Shown: one piece after another, positions 10,463-21,103 of the stretch | How the letters are laid out: every line of letters starts with the position of its first letter | Numbering within the stretch: position 1 is the first letter of the stretch | Position numbers and translations under genes: made by a program | Assembly (NCBI GenBank): GCA_963785305.1 | Contig: CAWAUV010000008.1 | Coordinates: forward strand, 160,001 to 224,000 | DNA length: 64,000 bases | Origin: an uncultured Planctomycetaceae bacterium | Lineage (GTDB): Bacteria; Planctomycetota; Planctomycetia; Pirellulales; PALSA-1355 | Direction of reading: 5' to 3' | The notes under the pieces: generated by a model | Told to the model about the DNA's origin: nothing | Databases searched by the model: none | Seen by the model: the letters and a program-made list of their open reading frames with translations, nothing else

Positions 10463-13400
10463 TTATCGACGCACGATAAGCTTTCGCCGCCGCTCGCCAG
10501 CTTGCCACCAAAGCAGGCCGCCCACCGCCAGCGCGCCCACTCCCAGCCAAAAACCCGTTGGCAGTCGAGCCGGCGCCGGGTTGGTCTCCAGCGCGCGCTC
10601 GGGGCGGTCGGTCGGCAATGGACGCCGCTGGAGCGCCGCTTCCAGCACTTGGGCAGTGTGAAAGGCGCGGCGCTCCGTGCCATGAGCAATTTGCTCGCGG
10701 CAACTAAAGCCATCGGCGACGATCAGAGTGCTCGTCGGCGCTTCGCGCACCGCCGGCAAGAGCTTCAGCTCGCCCACGGCCATGGAAACATCGTAATGCT
10801 CGCTCTCGAAGCCAAACGAACCGGCCAATCCACAGCAACCTGAATCAAGCACTTCATAGTCGAGGCCGGTCTTGTCGAGCACATGTTCGTCGGCCTCCAT
10901 CTTCACGAGCGCTTTGTGATGGCAGTGGCCATGCACGAGCGCCTTTCGGTCGAGATGGGGAGTCTTGAAGTCGGGCGCATGTTTTTCCAAGAATTCCGCT
11001 AGGCCAAAAGCTTGCGTCTTGAGCCGCGCGGCGTCTTCGTCGTGGGGAAAAAGATTCGTGAGCTCATCCTTGAATACCGCCACGCAACTCGGCTCCAGGC
11101 CCACGAGCGGCACTCCGCGTTCGATCCGGGGCTTGAGCACTTCCAGAATTTGCCGCAATTGTCGCTTGGCCAGCGATAGCATGCCGAAGTCATAGAGCGG
11201 CCGGCCGCAGCAGAGTGACACTTCGGGAATCTCGACTCGGAACCCGCCGGCCTCGAGCACTCCCACCGCCGAGCGCAGTACCTCGGGAAAGAAGTGATTG
11301 TTGAATGTATCGGGCCAGAGCAACACCGGCGGACGATCTCGCTTGGCCGGCGCTCGCTGGCGGAACCAATCGATGAAGGTCTGATCGGCGAATTCGGGAA
11401 CCTTGCGCTCCTGGGTGATGCCACCCAACCAGCGAGCGACGTCCCGCAGTCCCGGGGTTTGGGTCACGAAATTCACGACCCGCGGCATCCGCGAGCCCAA
11501 CCGGGCCCACCAGTAGATCAGCCCCATCGCATAGGCATGCCGAGGCCGCAATCGACCCGCGTAGTAATGCGATAGAAACTCGGCCTTGTAGGTGGCCATA
11601 TCGACATTCACCGGGCAATCGCCCTTGCAGCCCTTGCAGGCCAAGCACAGGTCGAGCGCTTCGTGAACCTCGTTGTTGCGCCAAGAGCCCTTGAGCAGGT
11701 TGCCATTGAGCAGTTCCCAGAGCAATCGCGCGCGGCCGCGGGTCGAATGTTTTTCCTCCCGCGTCACGCGATAGCTGGGGCACATCGTGCCGCCCTCGTC
11801 CTTGCGGCATTCGCCAATGCCCACGCAGCGGAGATTCGTTTCGCTCCAGGAATGTTCATCGTCGGGCCATTTGAAATGCGTCTCCAGCACCGGCGGATCG
11901 TATTGGGTTCCCAGCCGCAGATTTTGATCGATGCGATAGGGACGCACCTTCTTGCCGGGATTCATCTTCCAATCCGGGTCCCAAATGGCCTTGAACTCCT
12001 CGAAGGCCCTCACGATCTCGTCGCCGTACATGCGAGGCAGCATCTCGGCTTTCGATTGACCGTCGCCATGTTCGCCCGAGAGCGAACCGCCCATCGACAC
12101 GACCAAATCGGAAGCCTCTTCGAGAAAGGCGCGAAAGTCTCGAAGGCCCTGGTGCGTGACCAGGTCGAAGTCGATGCGCGTGTGGACGCAGCCTTGGCCA
12201 AAATGGCCGTACAGGCTGCATCCATAGCCATATTTGTTGAATAGCTCCCGCAACGCACGGAGATATTTGCCGAGGTTCTCGGGTGGCACCGAGGAATCTT
12301 CCCAGCCTTCCCAAGTGACTTGAGCGCCGGGCACGTGGGCCGTGGCGCCGAGTCCCGACTCGCGCACTTTCCAAATGATTTTCTCGACCGCCGGATCATC
12401 GTAGAGCTTCATGGTCGGCGCGTCCGGAAGCGTTTTGAGCTTGGCCATGAGCGCTTCGGCCTTGGCGTCGGATTCCTTTTTCGTTTCGCCCCCGAATTCA
12501 ACCAGCAGCCAGCCACGGCCATCGGGCAGGAGCTTCAGATTTTTCGGATGCACATGCGAGCGGATCATGTCTTGCACGAGCCGGTTGTCCATGCCCTCGA
12601 GTCCGACCGGCCCGGCCTTCATCACCTCGACCACATGATCGGCCGCTTCATACACCGACGGATAGCCGAGCACCAAGAGCGAGCGCGCCGGCGGGCTATG
12701 CACGAGCCGCAGTGTCGCTTCAAGCACCATCACGCACGTGGCCTCGGTTCCAACCAGGACCTTGGCGATGTCGAACCCCTTTTCGGGCAGCAGATTGTCG
12801 AGCCCATAGCCCGAGACGCGCCGCGGAATTTCGGGAAAACGGCGACGAATTTCATCGGCATAGCGATCGCGCAGGTCGCGGAGTTGGCCGTAGATTTCTC
12901 CCTTGCGGCCGCCGGCGGCGATGATTTGTTCGATCTCATGCTCCTCGAGTTTGCCGCCGACTCGCATGCGCGTGCCGTCGTAGAGCAAGATGTCGAGCTC
13001 CTCGACATTGGCGTCGGTCTTGCCGCCCATGACCGAATGCACGCCGCAGGAGTTGTTGCCGATCATGCCGCCCAGGGTGCAATGGGTGTGGGTCGAAGGA
13101 TCGGCGCGAAGGTCAAGGTATGTTTTTCGGCGGCGTCGCGGAGCACATCGAGCACGAGCCCCGGCTGCACCACGGCGCGGGCGCCTCGGGGTCGAGCAGC
13201 AAAATGCGGTTCATATACTTCGAGAAGTCGAGCACCACGGCCACATTGCAGCATTGCCCACAAAGGCTGGTGCCGCCGCCGCGGCTAAGGATCGGGGCGC
13301 CGAACTCGCGGCAGACTGCGCATTGTTTGAATCGCGTCGTTCGCGTCGCGAGGAATGACCACGCCGATGGGCGCTTGGCGATAGTTCGAGCCATCGGTGG

Positions 13401-13581
13401 CGTAGAGCGCCCGGCTGCCGATGTCGAAGCGCACTTCGCCCCGCACATGCCGTCGCAATTCGGCGGCGAGCGCCTCGGGGTCGACGCCCGCGGCGCCCTT
13501 GTTGTAGGAGCGCGGCTGCGTGTCGGGATTGATCGTCGGCTCGACGACAGGATGTTCCGAGGGCCCCGTCAACATGCTCAT
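10463..13581 (-). CDS. FAD-binding and Fe-S-binding oxidoreductase (GlcD/GlcF-like fusion); N-terminal frameshifts
   Basis: RALYATDGSNY, RGGGTSLCGQ, MIGNNSCG, SLSGEHGDG, CVGIGEC, CLACKGCKGDCP, CCG domains; shifts in 13060-13330. Confidence 0.9.
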
Positions 13582-13650
13582 GGCGTTCTTTCCTTTCTGC
13601 TGAATTCCGCCCTTGTCGTCAAAACGATATCGCGCGTCGCCCGGCGTTTC

Positions 13651-14776
13651 CTAGCGACGATCGCGGCCAAAAACCTGATAGACGCTCGCGTCGGCTTTTT
13701 TGAACTCGAGACCCAAGCCGGGGCGGCCGCGGTCGGGCTCGAGATATCCGCCGCGCGGCGAAGTGCGCCCTCGAACAGCATCCGCTCAATCCGCGCATGG
13801 TCATGAAAATATTCGAGATGGATCACCTCGGGCGCGATGCAGCCCAAATGCGCGTGGATCGACGGCGCGCAGTGGGCCGAAAGCGGCGCTGGCCGTGCCT
13901 CGCAAAGCGCGGCGACGCGTAAAAAACCGCTCACGCCTCCGCAGCGCGTGGCATCGGCTTGCAGCACGTCGACCGAGGGAGCTTCGAGCATCCGCCGGAA
14001 ATAAAAGGGGTCGTAACCATATTCACCGGCGGCGATGTCCATCGTCGCCGGCGCCCGCGACCGCAGGAGCGCGAGCCCCTCGAGATCGTCGGACGAAACC
14101 GGTTCCTCGAACCAAGAGACGCCCAAATCGGCGAACCGCTCGGCTTGGGCGAGCGCTTGCTTCACGGTATAGGCGCCGTTGGCGTCGACAAAAAGCCGTG
14201 CGTCGCCGATGGTTTCGCGCGCATGCGCACCCGCCGAAGCGCCGCGTCGCGGTCGGCGCCGATTTTCATCTTCACCCGCGGAATGCCGTCGCTCACCCAG
14301 CCGCCGAGTTGGGCTCGCAGTTGGTCGTCGCCATAGCATGTGAATCCGCCGCTGCCATAGATCGGCGCCCGATCGCGCGCTGCGCCGAGCAAGTCGACGA
14401 GCGATACATCGAGCAGTCGCGCCTTAAGGTCCCAAAGCGCGATATCGACGATGGAAATTGCCATGGCGGCAATGCCGGGCCGACCGAGATTGCGCACCGC
14501 CACCGCCATCCGCACATTCGCGGCGGGAATTGCCAGCGGGTCCGAACCGATAAGAAGATCGGAAAGCTTGTCGCGGATCAACGTGGCCGTGGCGGTGTCG
14601 GCATATCCAAAGCCAAGGCCGGTCGTGTCGCCGGCCGTCATGTCAACCACGACCAAGGTGGTGCTATCCCAGTCCAGCGTGCCATCGGCCTCGGGACTGT
14701 CCGTGGGTATCGAATAGGCCGAGACTTCGAGCCTCGTGATCGCGTCGATTTTGAGATCGAGTTGAGTGGCAGCCAT
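13651..14776 (-). CDS. Mandelate racemase/muconate lactonizing (enolase superfamily) protein; 2 frameshifts
   Basis: VDIALWDLKAR, KMKIG, LFVDANG, WFEEPV, AAGEY, SAHC; shifts near 14235 and 13760; restored end PDRGRPGLGLEFK...TAG. Confidence 0.88.
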
Positions 14777-14831
14777 TGCATCGACTTTCCAAGCCGCGGA
14801 GATTCGGTGCTGGAGTGGAGACCGAGGGAAA

Positions 14832-14847
14832 CGCAAATTGCGTGCCG
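14832..14847 (-). promoter_or_regulatory. Putative sigma54 -24/-12 promoter
   Basis: CGGCACGCAATTTGCG on minus strand, near-consensus, 57 nt before ATG 14776. Confidence 0.65.
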
Positions 14848-15064
14848 GCGGCCCGATGCGCGTTTCGCCAATCGCGCCGAGAACGCGACAATGCGGGAGT
14901 GAAACGTCGCTCCGGCTCGCGCAAAAACTCCACGGGTGCGGGATCGCTTGAGCGCCTCGGCGCCAGCGTGGCTTGCTCGCGACCGCCGCGATCGCGCGCC
15001 TTGCAAGAACGCCCTGACGGAGTTGAAAGCCTTTCCCGGCCTCGGGGGCAAGGGCCTGTCGCTT

Positions 15065-17609
15065 CTACTGGACCCAATTCCAGTGGCACTCGTAAATCGT
15101 GCCCGGGGCGGGGGCGAGCAGCGACCAATGGATGATCGAGCCGCGATTGTATTCGAGGCCCTCGGTCGGAGTTACTACCCGCGACGTATCGAGATGCCTC
15201 GGATCGAGGGCCACCAAGCGGAAATGATCGAATTGCCTGTTCTCCGGCAATAACACATAGGCCACGAGCTCCGCCACGGGCGCGTTGACGATCAGCCGCA
15301 CGCGCGGATCGCGCTCGAAGTCGCCGGGCAGCGGGTCCTCCATCAGAATTTCGATCACCAGGTCCACCGGCTCCCCGAGCGGAACGGTCGTGAGATCGAG
15401 CTGGAGCTCCCAATTCGATTCGAGGCCGCCCTCGGTCTCCGGACTCTTCTTGAGCCGGCGCAGGCGGGGATGAAGTTCGCGGTTGAGCACTCGAATTTCC
15501 AGCGATACCGCCGGCACGGTGAACCGGTAAACAAACGGCTGGTCTTTGTCGAGATCGGAGGTCTTTTGAAAGCGAACTCGTCGCCGCGCATAAATCGAGT
15601 TCTTGCCAGGGTTGTTCGCGGACTCGCGCATGTCGATCTTCCGCGGATCGAGAATTGTGTGATCGGTGTTGAATTTGATTCCGGTCTCGGTCGCGGGCAG
15701 GAGCGAGGTCACTTCATCCACGGGCCCGGTCTTCCATGGCGCCACGGTTCCATCGCGCAGCAGTCGCAACACGGCGAGTTGATCCTGGTCGGTGCGGGCG
15801 ATCGATTCGGTCAATTTCTGGGTTTCTCGATACTCGCGGCGGGCCACCAGCAAGCGGTAAATTCCGACCGGGCCCACGGACAGGATCACCAGAATCAAGG
15901 CCACATACACATACGAAGTCCAGTCGCGCCAGTCGAGCAGCCGCGCCCACACATTGCGTAGCGCCGACGCTTGCAGCTTGCGGGCGGCAATCACATCTTC
16001 GGTCGGACCGCGATTGCCGGTAAGCAGGGCCAGCTTTTTCTTCGCGCCACGCGTGGCGCGATTGGCGGCGTCTTCATCGGGGTCCCACGGCGGACCGGTA
16101 GGCCAATCTTGGCCGGTCCAATCGTGCCGTTCGCGGCAGATGGCCCGGGCCACGCAGTACCCATGGCGCACGAGCGTGCTGATTTCGAGCGGCGTGAACT
16201 GGTCCATGTCGGTGCGAATCTCTTGCATGCGCCGCTGAATTTCGGGATGCGGCGCGGTCGGGTCTTCCGACAGTTCGACGATCCGGCTGATCGGCAGAAA
16301 CATGAATCCGGGCTGATTGCGAAAAGTTTCCTTCTCGAGCTGCCACACGCGATCGAGCCCGATATCGGAAGCCCGCATCGCGGTGGTGATCATGCCCATG
16401 GCGTGTACTTCGGTTATGGCGCGTAGATGTTTTCCGGCATCGCTCACGAGCACTTGGTCGAACATCGCGCCCAGGGGCCGCATGCAGCGCTTGCCCGTGA
16501 TCTGCCGGAGCACGGTTTCGAGCAACTGGCGATTCAACCAGTGGTGGTCGTGGTATTCGAGGTCCTTGCCCGAATCGCGCACCGAGTGCAAGAGCGCCAC
16601 GGCCTCGGGATCGTCGGGCTTCACTTCTTGGAAGGCCGGCTCGCGATAGAGCGTCGACTGGGCGACGACGCGTTGCAAGTTTGCCACCACCTGATCCACG
16701 TCGTCGTTCGCGGTCGGGTCCGCGGGTTGGCCGTTGGACTCGGCGTTTTCGGAATACAGTTGCGCGAGCCGCGCCACGGGACTGTTCTTGTCGACATTGT
16801 CGATCGACGACAGGGCGGCGACCACGCAGCGCGCGTCGTAAAAATCGCGGCGCGAGAGTTCCGATTCGCGCCCGAGCCAAGTGCGCTCGAGATTGCGAAA
16901 CATGCGCACGCCAAGGTTGTCGAACACGCCGCCGTCGGTGAATACCTGGCGATTGAACTGCCCCTCGACGGCGCCGATATCGGCCCAATCGACTTGCAGC
17001 GGTGGAAAGAAGCCGGGAAACGCGCTCGAGGCCGTGACGGCTAGCGCCAGCGTGGCCAAGCCGGTGTGCATGCGCTCGAAGCGATAGAACTCGCCGGGCA
17101 GCCGCCGCTGAACAATCACTCCGTCGCGCGTGAAAGAGCAGAGCGCGCCCTCGGTGAGGTTCGTCGAAAGAATATGCAAATAGGGCTGCTCCGGTAGTTG
17201 AAACAGACACGTGTCGCCATAGAGCTCGCTCTGATAATACGCTTCGAGCAGCCCGGTGCGGCGTGATGCGGTGATTGCTTCCCAGCCGCAACATCCAGCG
17301 CGAAAGCTGAATGGGAATCGCCAGCGGAAAGCGCCGCACGATCCGATTGCGCACATCGAGCCGCGTGAATCGCAGCACTTCGGCGGCGGCGGCGTCGAAC
17401 TGGTCGGGCGTGCCCGAGTACCGATCCCAATTTTGCACCAAATGCGCCGCGAGAATGCTTCCACCCGACACGGAGGTGATATGCGTGATCGAAGGCAAGA
17501 TTCCGGCGTCGCGTAGGAAACGGACGACGCCCAGGTGATAGAGCGTGGCGCGAAACCCGCCGCCGGAGAGCGCGAGTCCGATGCGTTTCATGTTGTTGGA
17601 CTGCGACAT
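15065..17609 (-). CDS. Patatin-like phospholipase with insertion, TM helix and C-terminal domain; 1 frameshift
   Basis: GLALSGGGFRA, TSVSGGS, ASSAFPGFF, DGGVFDNLG; TM YVYVALILVILSVGPVGIY; shift near 17260. Confidence 0.87.
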
Positions 17610-17677
17610 GCCCCGATTCCTCGCCGATGAATAGCGAATCGCCAACTTCGCGGTGGCGATGAATTTAACCGCTCCTT

Positions 17678-17693
17678 GGCAAACGCCATACCG
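17678..17693 (-). promoter_or_regulatory. Putative sigma54 -24/-12 promoter (patatin)
   Basis: CGGTATGGCGTTTGCC on minus strand, GG-N10-GC with TTGC, 70 nt before ATG 17609. Confidence 0.5.
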
Positions 17694-17817
17694 AGTTGTT
17701 TTGGGCCACCCAGCGAAATGTTACCGCACGAAAGCGATGATTGATTAAATGTCACCGAGCGCATTTCGCGTCGAGGCTGGTGGCGCCTGGGCTTTGAAAT
17801 GTCGATCAAATCGCCCG

Positions 17818-17833
17818 CGGCACGGCGAGTGCT
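17818..17833 (+). promoter_or_regulatory. Putative sigma54 -24/-12 promoter (Ku)
   Basis: CGGCACGGCGAGTGCT, 60 nt before ATG 17892. Confidence 0.6.
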
Positions 17834-17891
17834 AGCATTGCTAGCACACCCTGATTCGCGCTTTTTTCCTTTCCCCGATGAGACACACGCC

Positions 17892-18848
17892 ATGCTTCGC
17901 GCCAGTTGGAAAGGCCGCTTGCGGCTCAGTTTGGTGACCGTGCCCGTGCAGGCGATTTCGGCCCAGGTCGCGGGCGGCGGCGAGGTTCATTTTCATCAGC
18001 TTCACGAAAGCTGCCATAGCCGCATTCAATACAAAAAGATTTGCCCCAAGCATGGCGAAGTCGCGAAAAACGAGATCGTGCGCGGCTTCGAATACGCCAA
18101 GGACAAATACGTGATCGTCGATCCAGAAGAACTGGATTCGCTGCTCGGTGAACGCGAGCATGTGATCGAAATCGACACATTTGTCGCGCCGGAGGCGATC
18201 GATGTCCGGTTCCTTGATGGCCGAAGCTTTTATCTCGTCGCCGATGGCGCCGCGGGCCAAAAGCCCTATGCGTTGCTCCGCCAAGCGATGCTCGAACTCG
18301 AGCGGATCGCCGTGGCCCGCTGCATGATCGCCGGCCGGTCGCAACTGGTTGCCGTGCGCACCGTCGACGACTTGCTGGTGATGACGATTCTCAAATTCGC
18401 CAGCCAATTGCGCTCGCCCGACGATGTTCGCGAGCAGGTCAAAAAGGTAAACGTCTCGGCGGCGGAACTCAAACTGGCGCGGACACTCATCGCATCGTCG
18501 ACGGCCAAGCATTTCGATCTCGCGGATTATCACGACGATTACACGGTGAAACTCCAAGAGCTGATCGACGCCAAGGCCGGGGGACGCGAAATCGTGGCCG
18601 CGCCCGCGGAAGAGCCGCCCCCGATCATCAATCTCATGGACGCCCTGCGCAAAAGCGTGAATAAAACCAAGGGTCCGGCGCCGGGCGCGAGGAAATCGCC
18701 CATCCAGCGCCAACGCCTTGGCGAATCACATGCCAAGCCCGGCGCCGGGACGAAAGCCGGGAGGAAAATCGCCGGCAAATCACAATCGGTCCATGCCACG
18801 CGGCATGCGACATCTTCGACCGAGCGGGCGCGGCGCGGAAGTTCGTAG
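17892..18848 (+). CDS. ku: Non-homologous end-joining protein Ku
   Basis: RASWKGRLRLSLVTVPV, EIVRGFEY, KPYALLRQAM, INLMDALRKSV and basic C-terminal tail. Confidence 0.95.
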   Translation: MLRASWKGRLRLSLVTVPVQAISAQVAGGGEVHFHQLHESCHSRIQYKKICPKHGEVAKNEIVRGFEYAKDKYVIVDPEELDSLLGEREHVIEIDTFVAPEAIDVRFLDGRSFYLVADGAAGQKPYALLRQAMLELERIAVARCMIAGRSQLVAVRTVDDLLVMTILKFASQLRSPDDVREQVKKVNVSAAELKLARTLIASSTAKHFDLADYHDDYTVKLQELIDAKAGGREIVAAPAEEPPPIINLMDALRKSVNKTKGPAPGARKSPIQRQRLGESHAKPGAGTKAGRKIAGKSQSVHATRHATSSTERARRGSS

Positions 18849-18868
18849 CGCGAACCGCGCTATCGCTA

Positions 18869-19898
18869 TCACCGCGTCGAGGTCATCTCGTTGTTCTTTC
18901 TCGCGGCCCGTTCGCCGAGCGTCGTGAGAATCGAGGGCGAGAGCCACGACGCGCTTTCGTGGCCCTTGGCCGGATGCGTGAGCACGCCGCCGGTTTTCGG
19001 AAGCAATCGCGCGAAAATCGCCATGGCTTCGGCCGCGAGATTCGGCGCGAGCGATTGCGCTTTCAGCGCGAGCGCGGCGCTCAGCGGCATCACATATTCC
19101 GCGTCGCCGCGCTGGCAGGCCTTGAGAATTCGCGCCGCGGCGGTGTCGGCGTTCATCGAAACCAACGGCAGCGAGTCGCCGATGCTGAACCAAGCATATT
19201 CCTTGCGGTGCTGGCCTTTGAAAGTCGCATTGCGCGGACTGCCGGTGCGCATCAGGCCGGGACACACGGTCGTGACCAAAATACCATCGGCGGCCAACTC
19301 GGCTCGCAAGCCGGTCGAAAGGCCGACCAGGGCGAATTTGCTGGCCGCATAGGGCAGCATATGCGGCACGGCTCGCTTGCCGCCGAGCGAGGCGATATTC
19401 ACGATGCGGCCCCAGCCGGCTCGGCGCATCGTCGGCACGACCGCGAGCGTCGTGTGGAGCACGCCCCAGCAATGCGTGTTCATCGATTTCTGGAAGTCAT
19501 CGATCGTCATCGTGTCAAACGGCCCGACTTCGATCACGCCGGCCACGTTGAACACCAGATCGATGGCGCCCCAGTGTTCGATGATTCGCCGCGTCATTTC
19601 GTCGACGTCATCGCGCTGGGTGACATCGCAATCGAAGGTCATCACATCGCCGCCCAGCGCGCAACTCGGCGCCCGCCGCCTCGAGTTCTTTTGGAGAACG
19701 CGAGCAGATCGCCACTCTGGCGCCAGCCGCGACCAAATGGCGCGCGATCACCAGGCCCAGTCCCCGAGCGCCGCCCGTGACAAGCGCGCGCCGACCGGTG
19801 TAGCCGAACCACCGCGCGCGATGAACAAGAGCCCGCGCTCCCCAAAAAGCCAGTCCAGCCAAGCCGAGCCCGAGAGCCGTGGCGCGTGAAGTTCGCAT
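18869..19898 (-). CDS. SDR family oxidoreductase with N-terminal hydrophobic segment; 1 frameshift
   Basis: ALVTGGARGLG (19608-19898) joined near 19645 to YAASK (18869-19645). Confidence 0.9.
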
Positions 19899-20008
19899 GG
19901 GTTACATAACCTTGATCGAGGAAAAAAGTCGTGCCCGCGTGGCCGAAGCGATCAGGTCATGAACCATGCGATGATAAACGACAAGCCGCTTGATTCACCC
20001 CAGGGCGG

Positions 20009-20746
20009 TTACTTGCTCGAGCGCTGTTCCTTCGTGAGGTTTTCCTTCAAATGCTGAATCGCCGGCGCTTTTTCATATTTCCAGTCGTTGCCCTGGTTCC
20101 AAGGGCCGCGGTAATTGCCGTTGTCGGCGCCGCCGGTCGAATCGTCGAAATAAGTGTTCGCCAATTCGGGCGTGGGCGGAATTTTGCCGATCTCGAGCGG
20201 GTCCTTGCCCATGCTCTCGAGCGCGATCATAAACGATTTCATGTGCGCGATTTCTCGCGTCATCAGAAACTGCAGCGCGTCTTTCGTGCCGGGATCGTCG
20301 CAGAAGTTGAGCAACCGTTCATACACGATCTTGGCCCGCGCTTCGGCGGCGATGTTGCTTCGCAGGTCGACATCGAGCTCGCCGGTGATTTTCAAATAGT
20401 CGCTCGTCCAGGGATTGCCGGCCGAATTGCTCAGCGAAAGTCCGCCGCCAGCCACTGCCACGAGCGGATCCGCCTCGGCCGCGTCACGATCCGTTTTGGT
20501 CGTCGACAGATGCAACCGGGCAAGCGTGCCGATCATTTCCAGGTGGCTCAGTTCCTCGGTGCCGATGTCCATTAACAGATCTTTGCGGGCCGGGTCGTCG
20601 CAAGCGAGCCCCTGGATCGTGTATTGCAGCGCGGCGGCGAGCTCGCCGTTGGCCCCGCCAAACTGTTCGAGCAGCATATTGCCAAATCGCGGCTCCGGCG
20701 CGCCGACATTCACGGTATACATCAACCGCTTGACGTGGTGATACAT
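20009..20746 (-). CDS. Manganese catalase family protein
   Basis: EQFGGANGELAAALQY, DIGTEELSHLE, NIAAEARAKIVYE, REIAH; AAGGAG RBS. Confidence 0.95.
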   Translation of the reverse strand: MYHHVKRLMYTVNVGAPEPRFGNMLLEQFGGANGELAAALQYTIQGLACDDPARKDLLMDIGTEELSHLEMIGTLARLHLSTTKTDRDAAEADPLVAVAGGGLSLSNSAGNPWTSDYLKITGELDVDLRSNIAAEARAKIVYERLLNFCDDPGTKDALQFLMTREIAHMKSFMIALESMGKDPLEIGKIPPTPELANTYFDDSTGGADNGNYRGPWNQGNDWKYEKAPAIQHLKENLTKEQRSSK

Positions 20747-20825
20747 GGTTCCCGCTCCTTCATGGGTGGAGAGCACGACTCGGACTTCGAACGCGCAGGG
20801 CGCCGAGATGATCTTGACAGGGTGT

Positions 20826-20841
20826 TGCAATCGCCAGGCCA
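20826..20841 (-). promoter_or_regulatory. Putative sigma54 -24/-12 promoter (Mn catalase)
   Basis: TGGCCTGGCGATTGCA on minus strand, 81 nt before ATG 20746. Confidence 0.62.
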
Positions 20842-21004
20842 AAGCCATCGGATACTGGAAATGTCGCCGCTGGCTCCGGTTTGGATGTCGCCGCGGCGCC
20901 CAGCGGCTGCTCGCTCAACGGCCAACCCGATAGCGCAGCGATCGCTCGGCGGCGATTCCCACCGCTGAAGGGAACTGGCTAACGGCCAATTCGAGAACTT
21001 CGGC

Positions 21005-21062
21005 GAGCCGGTCACCGAGCCCGTCACCGAGCCCTCGGCGAGACCTCGCCGAGCCCTCTCCC
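21005..21062. repeat. Imperfect 11-12 bp tandem repeat, 5 units
   Basis: gagccggtcacc gagcccgtcacc gagccctcggc gagacctcgcc gagccctctccc. Confidence 0.6.
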
Positions 21063-21087
21063 TACCCTCTCTCAAAGGGAGAGCGGG
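21054..21087. repeat. CCCTCTC...GGGAGAG palindromic intergenic repeat
   Basis: Hairpin just downstream of the ligD stop; reverse complement matches 54767-54797 at about 25/32. Confidence 0.5.
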
Positions 21088-21103
21088 AGTTGTTGGATAG
21101 GCT

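Noticed and set aside
15065..17609. Patatin as a CBASS CapV-like defence effector
   Set aside because: No cyclase or other defence gene nearby; architecture is much longer and membrane-spanning.
19920..19937. GGCACGACTTTTTTC upstream of the second SDR
   Set aside because: Good -24 half but no GC at -12; left out of the regulon count.
21005..21062. Possible CRISPR-like array, also considered for 267-354 and 61660-61745
   Set aside because: No unique spacers of regular length and no cas genes; tandem or inverted repeats only.
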